Source: a virus (taxonomy: Duplodnaviria > Caudoviricetes). Taken from it: a stretch of 64,000 nt of DNA. Under the pieces are notes generated by a model. That model had not been told where the DNA came from, ran no database searches, and saw only the letters and a program-made list of their open reading frames with translations. The position numbers and the translations under genes were made by a program. Shown one piece after another: positions 56,904 through 64,000 of the stretch (positions are counted from its first letter, which is position 1; the number at the start of each line of letters is the position of its first letter). The DNA is taken from positions 96,001 to 160,000 of the IMG/VR virus record IMGVR_UViG_3300029305_003884; one strand, given 5' to 3'.

Positions 56904-58499
56904 ATGTCGGAGTTCATAGGTATGAATAACAACAGCACGTTTGCGTATGTCCACACGGAAAGCGGACCAGTAAAACCTGCAAAGGCGGTACCCATCGAGA
57001 CGATGAGGAACATTGTCGCTTCCATCCAGGGCAAACATGTCCGTGGAGAAAAAGGAACTAACTGGGCTGACCTCGCCAAGAAGGTGAACAAGGATTGCAA
57101 CCCGCACGGATATACAACGATACAGACAATTTTGAATAAGGTGTTGACCGAGGCTGCCGCCCAGTCTGTCGGAAAGTCTGTGTTCCGACTTGACCTTGGA
57201 AACGTGGTGTGTGACTCTGCTCATGCAAAGTTCAAGATGAACAGGCGAAACCATTCTGTCGTAGTGGATATGCTCTATCCTAACGACAATGGCAATATCA
57301 CTATTCGATACAATGTCGATGACGTGGCTGCAAAGATGTTCGAGCTTTCCCTTGATTCGGAACACTATATCAACGGTTTCGGTATGACTATCATTAAGTG
57401 CTGTGACGATGCCATCAAGGAAGCCGAGGAAATGACCGAGGAAGAAGACATCTACTCGACCGAAAATGGATACCAGCCGATAATGTCAGCAGATATGCGT
57501 GGTCTTCTCAGCATTGCCAACTCCATAATGGAATCTCAGGTTGCTGTTGATTCTAATGGATACGGTGAAGCTGACTTTAACGCTAATCCAGCCCCCGATG
57601 CCACCATGGGCGGCATGGGCGGCATGGGAAGCGGAACCCCTGGCGGTGAAGGTGGTCAAGGTGGTGGCGCAGCTTCTCTTGGTGGAAATTTGGAAAAGCC
57701 AGAGAACGAAGTGAATTTTGTCGACTTCTGCCTGGGAAACCTCGATACCTCGCAGCCGCTTGATAAGGCACAGCATGGTTCTTTTGCTAGGCTGACAGAC
57801 ATCCTTGCTGATAGGATGGCAATCGAATTGAAAAAGACTCAGAAGGGCGAAACGCTTACAGGAAAACAGATTGCTAACGGAACGCAGGGTATAAAGTCGG
57901 CGCTGAACGCTAATCAAAAGCTTACTCAATTCCAGGAATACTATCCGCAGTTCAAGGGAATGGTTTATGAAAAAGAAGCCCAAGCCCTTGCGAACTTCCT
58001 TGAGAGAACCGATGTGGACAACGCAATGGACTTCGAGGCGTGGCTATACAGCGATAAGACGATGCAGGAACTGGCAAAGCGTAAGGGTGTAGGACTGCAG
58101 ACAGGAACCAAAGGCGATAACCAGGATGTCGCTCCCCTTCCAAGTGACGGAACGGAGGCCGCTGCAAACAATACTGCTATGGATGCTGGTATGGGCACTG
58201 GCATGGGTGGTATGGATGCTGGCATGGGCACTGGCATTGGCGGTATGGATTCTGGCATGGGCGCTGGCACGGATACTGGCATGGGCTTTGGCATGGGAAC
58301 GGGAGTTGATAATACGGAAACAGCCCCCGCTGGCGATGGATTTGGCGGTCCTGACATAAACGATATTGGCCAATTGGACCAGATTAGTGAGAATACTAGC
58401 GAGGAACTGCCTAACTTAGGTGGTGAAGCAAATCAAACCGACCAAGTTGACTTAGGTCTCGACACTCAACCCACGGACGAGAATAATCCGCCTGCATAA
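56904..58499 (+). CDS. Hypothetical late protein with Gly/Met-rich repeats
   Basis: 531 aa ORF with GGMGGMG and MDAGMGTGMGG repeats. Confidence 0.8.
   Translation: MSEFIGMNNNSTFAYVHTESGPVKPAKAVPIETMRNIVASIQGKHVRGEKGTNWADLAKKVNKDCNPHGYTTIQTILNKVLTEAAAQSVGKSVFRLDLGNVVCDSAHAKFKMNRRNHSVVVDMLYPNDNGNITIRYNVDDVAAKMFELSLDSEHYINGFGMTIIKCCDDAIKEAEEMTEEEDIYSTENGYQPIMSADMRGLLSIANSIMESQVAVDSNGYGEADFNANPAPDATMGGMGGMGSGTPGGEGGQGGGAASLGGNLEKPENEVNFVDFCLGNLDTSQPLDKAQHGSFARLTDILADRMAIELKKTQKGETLTGKQIANGTQGIKSALNANQKLTQFQEYYPQFKGMVYEKEAQALANFLERTDVDNAMDFEAWLYSDKTMQELAKRKGVGLQTGTKGDNQDVAPLPSDGTEAAANNTAMDAGMGTGMGGMDAGMGTGIGGMDSGMGAGTDTGMGFGMGTGVDNTETAPAGDGFGGPDINDIGQLDQISENTSEELPNLGGEANQTDQVDLGLDTQPTDENNPPA
58179..58302 (+). 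repeat. 33-bp coding tandem repeats (MDAGMGTGMGG-like)
   Basis: atggatgctggtatgggcactggcatgggtggt followed by degenerate copies. Confidence 0.8.
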
Positions 58500-58509
58500 G
58501 AGGTAGACT

Positions 58510-59118
58510 ATGAGTACTGTAGTTGTTAACGCAAACCCGCTTAGCAGCGGAACCCCAGTAGCGGCAACCCTCTCTACCATAACGGGTATGGACCAGGGTA
58601 CAGTGGCGGCAAAACTCGATGCTGAAATCCGTGACGAGGAAAATCGTCGAATGATGAATCCTTCTGCCTTCCCTGAATTGGATAGCCCTTACGAAGTGGC
58701 GAAGACCTCGATGAAAAATGTGAGGGCCGAACTGTTGAATCCTGAGATGGACCTTTCTAAAGAGCCTAGCGCAACTACTACTGAACAGGCGCCAGGTGCA
58801 TCAGAATTCAGTGCTCAGACGATGGACGACTTGGATGCCATTGCCGATGTGGCAAACTCCATAAATCCAGACCCGTATGATGACATAAGTGGTGCAGACA
58901 TTGCAATGAACCAACAGTCGGACCCAAGTTCTGTAAACGGTGATTCCGACCTTACTAATCAGTCACTTGATTTTATCAACTCAATTGAGCCTACGCCAGA
59001 CCAGCCTGCCCCAGAGGTAGATTTGGTTCAAGGAGAGGAAACCACGGGAGATAATCAAGAGACGGAAGATAATCAAATCGAGGACGACCCAAATATGGCA
59101 TTGGGCGGTGAGATTTAG
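58510..59118 (+). CDS. Hypothetical acidic low-complexity protein
   Basis: 202 aa ORF with GAGGT RBS. Confidence 0.75.
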   Translation: MSTVVVNANPLSSGTPVAATLSTITGMDQGTVAAKLDAEIRDEENRRMMNPSAFPELDSPYEVAKTSMKNVRAELLNPEMDLSKEPSATTTEQAPGASEFSAQTMDDLDAIADVANSINPDPYDDISGADIAMNQQSDPSSVNGDSDLTNQSLDFINSIEPTPDQPAPEVDLVQGEETTGDNQETEDNQIEDDPNMALGGEI

Positions 59119-59127
59119 GGGGCCTAT

Positions 59128-59790
59128 ATGGATTTCAATGATGTTCCTGAGCATGAACTGTTCGAAGCTATCAGCGGCGAGTCGATGATAGAGGAATACC
59201 AGCCAGATGACGACGGTGGTGTCATCGATGGATTCGAGATTGACGGGCAGACGAACTCTGGGCCGTTCGACGAGAATTTCAAACTGTATATAAAGAACCC
59301 GAATCAGATTGACGATGCCACCCTCGATGAACTGGGCAAGCTGATTGACGGCAAGTACAGTGACAACTTCCGAGACATTAAACACATCGTTGCTAAACCC
59401 GATACGGTGGAACAGCTCAAAAATGCGGATATGGTCGAGTACATAACATACGAGGGAATTCCTGTCGGCGTTCTTACCGTAAGCGACCCTACGAAGGAAA
59501 ACTACATGAATATCGTCCCAGCGGAGACGTATTCCCTCCATAGCGCCTACAACCTTGATAACAGGCTCGAAATCGAGTATTTCGTCGTGTCGTCTGAGAT
59601 GAATGAGTATCCTGTCGCACAGGAGCTGGTAAACCACCTCCTGGAACAGAAGATTGCCACGTTCATGGTATGCCCAGCGGACGACTTTTCGACTAACGAG
59701 TTGTTGAGGAAGGTCCACTACAAGTACGTCAAGACGTTCAGGATAGATGCGGTCGACTACGACATCAACCTGTATGTAAACCGAGAATAA
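59128..59790 (+). CDS. GNAT-fold protein (degenerate acetyl-CoA motif)
   Basis: PVGVLTV..LEIEYFVVSSEMNEYPVAQELVNHLL..STNELLRKVHYK follows GNAT motif A/B spacing. Confidence 0.5.
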   Translation: MDFNDVPEHELFEAISGESMIEEYQPDDDGGVIDGFEIDGQTNSGPFDENFKLYIKNPNQIDDATLDELGKLIDGKYSDNFRDIKHIVAKPDTVEQLKNADMVEYITYEGIPVGVLTVSDPTKENYMNIVPAETYSLHSAYNLDNRLEIEYFVVSSEMNEYPVAQELVNHLLEQKIATFMVCPADDFSTNELLRKVHYKYVKTFRIDAVDYDINLYVNRE

Positions 59791-59830
59791 AAAATATACT
59801 TTAATGATGAAACATCTACTAGGGTAGATT

Positions 59831-60487
59831 ATGAACAACAACGAATACTTTGGACAGCCTCAGCAGCCGCAGCAACCTCAATACGCCCCTCAGCAGGGGT
59901 ATCCTCAGCAGCCGCAGTACTATCCGCAACAGGGTTATCCCCAGCAGGGATATCCGCAACAGGGTTATCCGCAGCAGGGTTATCAACAGCCAGTCGGAAA
60001 CCCTGGTATCATGCCCCCTGGTGCGTACCAGCAGCGCCCCCAGTTTGAAGGACAGGGGTATCAGCAGGGAAGACCGAACACGCTTCCTGGTGGTCAGAGA
60101 ATCGTGGAATCTCCGTACGGAAACGATACCGATGCGGCAACACGGGACTACTGCAACCAGATTGATGCCGATGGACGACTCGAAGAGTTGAACAAAGCAC
60201 TCGACATGATTAACGGAACCGCCGAAAATCCTGGCGTCGAGGGAAACATCTATGCTATGAACCAGAAGATGGAATCGGTCAGGAAAAACGGCAACACTGG
60301 AATCACCGACAGGCAGAATCTTTTTGCCGTCCTCAATTCCATGGAACAGTTGGCACAGATTGTTTCCGACCCTGCTTCTTGGTTCCCGCAAGGCAGTCAG
60401 GAACAAGTGCCGAAGTTCAAGCCGCTTCTCAGCAAACTTGCTGCGGGTCTTCGGAACTACATCGAGAAATTGAAGATGTTGAACTAA
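59831..60487 (+). CDS. Hypothetical protein with N-terminal PQQGY repeats
   Basis: 218 aa with a Q/P/Y/G-rich N-terminus and helical C-terminus. Confidence 0.8.
   Translation: MNNNEYFGQPQQPQQPQYAPQQGYPQQPQYYPQQGYPQQGYPQQGYPQQGYQQPVGNPGIMPPGAYQQRPQFEGQGYQQGRPNTLPGGQRIVESPYGNDTDAATRDYCNQIDADGRLEELNKALDMINGTAENPGVEGNIYAMNQKMESVRKNGNTGITDRQNLFAVLNSMEQLAQIVSDPASWFPQGSQEQVPKFKPLLSKLAAGLRNYIEKLKMLN
59888..59983 (+). repeat. 15-bp coding repeats (PQQGY)
   Basis: ccgcaacagggttat-like units. Confidence 0.85.
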
Positions 60488-60511
60488 TTCGTGGACATTG
60501 CTAATATGTAT

Positions 60512-60540
60512 GAGGCGACCGTTGAGGTCGCCTTTTATTT
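60512..60540 (+). terminator. Intrinsic terminator
   Basis: AGGCGACC-GTTGA-GGTCGCCTTTTATTT. Confidence 0.8.
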
Positions 60541-60562
60541 TAGGCGAAATTGGGTACAGGGT

Positions 60563-60572
60563 TATAAACTAT
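60563..60572 (+). promoter_or_regulatory. Putative late promoter TATAAACTAT
   Basis: Exact decamer. Confidence 0.75.
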
Positions 60573-60596
60573 TGGTAAAGTTTTGCTGGTTACGTC

Positions 60597-61784
<1,188 letters not shown>

Positions 61785-61814
61785 TCCTGAACGTAGTGTA
61801 TCAACAGGAGTTGG

Positions 61815-63524
61815 ATGATGGCTGCAAATGGACTTATAGTCTTCAACGGAGCTAATACTGGTGGGATATTCTATGGTAATATCCCCGTTGATGCGGTGTA
61901 TTATGGCAATGTTCTTATATGGAAATTGATAAGCCTATTGATGGGTACGGACAGATTCGTATGTATTGAGTTCACGCCTGACCATGATATAGTGTCGAGT
62001 TCGCAAAATCCCGTTGCTATAACTGTTTTCATGAATACTAACGACTTTACTGATACGAACCCTCCAATGTTTATATTGGATGCGGCAGGCGTTACATGTG
62101 GATACAGTACGGTTGGAGTAGTCTCTGGTCAAGAGACTATCGATGGATGTACTGGATACAAGCGAACTAATACATTTCTTGATAACAAACTGTTTTTGCA
62201 GGCTGGTAAGAAATACTATATCTGCTACAAAAAAGGCCGATACACCGAGGCTAATGATTACTTTGCATATTATGATAAGCCAGGAAATTATAAGCTATAC
62301 AATGTGTATGATGCTCATACCACTGTTCAGAATTTGATTGGGAAAAACAACATTGGTACGTTGACTTCGCTCGTTGATTTGATAGAGGCATCCCAAGACG
62401 ATTTATTTATATGGGAAGGTAGTAACAGCGCAGGTATGACCCCAAATGATGAATACATTCGGAATGGCGATTCGTTGAGCAATTATGTTCCTGAATTGAA
62501 TTTTGGCTCTAGCGACAAATATGAAGTTCTGAATCATATTCTGTTCATGGATAAAGGAGGTGGCCAATATGGTAGCCCTGGTGATAAATTTGTTATTACC
62601 GAAACTTATAGTACCGCAAGTGGCACCCCTGCGGGTGTTATAAGCAGAACGTCAAATTATACTACCCATGTGTGGATTCCTCCTTCGGCGAGTTTCTTTA
62701 GCAGAAAGGCGGATGCTTATAAGTATATTTTTGATGCTAATGTTCATCTATCTGATAATGATTCACAAGGAAAAGCACTTGTCTGGGGAAATAACTACAT
62801 ATATACCTACGGTGCATGCTATTCAAGAGGTAGTCAGTATCTAGGATATACCTGTTATGAGTCAAGAACTAACTCGTATATAGACGTCCCTGGCGATATA
62901 GCTAAGGTTAACCAAGACGAATTGTTTTATATTGAACAGAGTGTGGCGAGTTTGGTCGGTTCTAGTGAAGGATTGAAGATTAGAGGCAGCCAATCAGTAG
63001 ACGCCGTTGCCATTGCTAATTCGAGTGATTCGGAGCCAAAGCAATTTGCTACAATAGCAGCTCAAATAAGTCACGGTACTGTATGGTTTGTTGGAGATAG
63101 TCTTTGGTACCCATTTGTGCCTAATAAGTTATATACAAAAACAGGCAGTTGGAATGCTACAATTACATCAACAACTCCATTAACATCTGAGCCGTCTAAC
63201 CCAGCAACTAATGATGTTTATTACAAAGCAGGCAACGTAACCTGGGGTTCAATCGGTGATGAATGCATTGTTAAATGGGATGGCAGTTCATGGGTTAAAG
63301 TTAACACCTATGAGTATAGTAACTATCTCTCATATCAAGATGCACAAAACATGTTTAGCGATGCAAATACAAATGGTATCTTGACTGAATTTCAGCCTAG
63401 CCAACTATTCCAGTCAGAAAACGTAACCAATTTGGTTACGAAGGTAACGTCGAATGAAAACTTCGCTGCGGCAACAGTCCATGATGACAAAGAACACTAT
63501 TTTGAGATTGTAGAGGGAACATAA
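61815..63524 (+). CDS. Putative fibre tip/receptor-binding protein (AT-rich)
   Basis: N-terminal IFYGNIPVDAVYYGNVLIW is typical of phage fibre-associated proteins; beta-rich; follows the collagen gene. Confidence 0.55.
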   Translation: MMAANGLIVFNGANTGGIFYGNIPVDAVYYGNVLIWKLISLLMGTDRFVCIEFTPDHDIVSSSQNPVAITVFMNTNDFTDTNPPMFILDAAGVTCGYSTVGVVSGQETIDGCTGYKRTNTFLDNKLFLQAGKKYYICYKKGRYTEANDYFAYYDKPGNYKLYNVYDAHTTVQNLIGKNNIGTLTSLVDLIEASQDDLFIWEGSNSAGMTPNDEYIRNGDSLSNYVPELNFGSSDKYEVLNHILFMDKGGGQYGSPGDKFVITETYSTASGTPAGVISRTSNYTTHVWIPPSASFFSRKADAYKYIFDANVHLSDNDSQGKALVWGNNYIYTYGACYSRGSQYLGYTCYESRTNSYIDVPGDIAKVNQDELFYIEQSVASLVGSSEGLKIRGSQSVDAVAIANSSDSEPKQFATIAAQISHGTVWFVGDSLWYPFVPNKLYTKTGSWNATITSTTPLTSEPSNPATNDVYYKAGNVTWGSIGDECIVKWDGSSWVKVNTYEYSNYLSYQDAQNMFSDANTNGILTEFQPSQLFQSENVTNLVTKVTSNENFAAATVHDDKEHYFEIVEGT

Positions 63525-64000
63525 TGGCAGTTTACGCATTTAACAAGAAAACGAACGTCTTGGAGTTCAAATGTTCTAACAAGAATGTTCTGGATATCAT
63601 ACTATCGCAGAAGAAAAAGGATATCCGTGATTATGACATCTTACAGGAGTTTGGTATGAGGTATATATCAACCATTACCCATGTCGATGGGGTATGTATT
63701 TACAACAACAGGGAATACTGGTCGAAAACCGCTGTACAGAATCCGTTGACCCCAGAAAACTATTCTGAACACGAGGTGTTAGACTTTATTGGAAGGGCGG
63801 TTCCTTACGATAGGTATGTTGATGAATTGAACACGAATCTTAACCGTATCAGTGCGATTGATGGAACCATCGGTGAAGTCATATACAACATAGATATTGG
63901 CAATGAGATGATTGCGTTGTTCAAGGAAGAATGCCGTCTGACGAACTTCAGGGGAATTACTCCAATTGAGATTGCGGCAAAGCTGGCCCAGGCGTACACG
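63524..64000 (+). CDS. Hypothetical protein, runs off the right edge of the window
   Basis: Not in the ORF track. ATG overlaps the previous TAA (TAATG) and the frame is open to 64000 (MAVYAFNKKTNVLEFKC...KLAQAYT). Confidence 0.75.
   Translation, partial: MAVYAFNKKTNVLEFKCSNKNVLDIILSQKKKDIRDYDILQEFGMRYISTITHVDGVCIYNNREYWSKTAVQNPLTPENYSEHEVLDFIGRAVPYDRYVDELNTNLNRISAIDGTIGEVIYNIDIGNEMIALFKEECRLTNFRGITPIEIAAKLAQAYT

Overview
This is a gene-dense segment of a large T4-superfamily (probably jumbo) myophage genome in the standard genetic code. The left part (0.6-18.3 kb) is a replication/recombination block: UvsW, RNase H, UvsY, UvsX, gp41 helicase, gp32 SSB, two adjacent sliding-clamp-like genes (DnaN-like and gp45-like) and gp61 primase. 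It is driven by TTG(A/C)(C/A)A-17-TAT(A/T)TT promoters. The rest is mostly late/virion genes: a lysozyme+M15-peptidase lysin, DnaJ, baseplate gp6/gp7-like/gp5-like proteins, a large tail fibre coupled to a radical SAM enzyme, prohead protease gp21 and scaffold gp22, a collagen-like fibre and several very large unknown proteins. Almost every late unit is preceded by an exact TATAAACTAT decamer (11 perfect copies), a putative phage late promoter. Notable points: (1) a two-gene tail fibre/radical SAM operon; (2) two glycosyltransferase-fold/HTH fusions; (3) several apparently inactivated enzymes; (4) a shared N-terminal propeptide and [LIVFM]-x-E-[AS] motifs marking putative head-packaged proteins; (5) a FISUMP-like domain suggesting a Fibrobacter/FCB host; (6) many prion-like low-complexity tails. 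I saw no tRNA, rRNA, CRISPR array, integrase, DNA polymerase, portal or major capsid gene. All family calls come from motif recognition by eye, not database searches.
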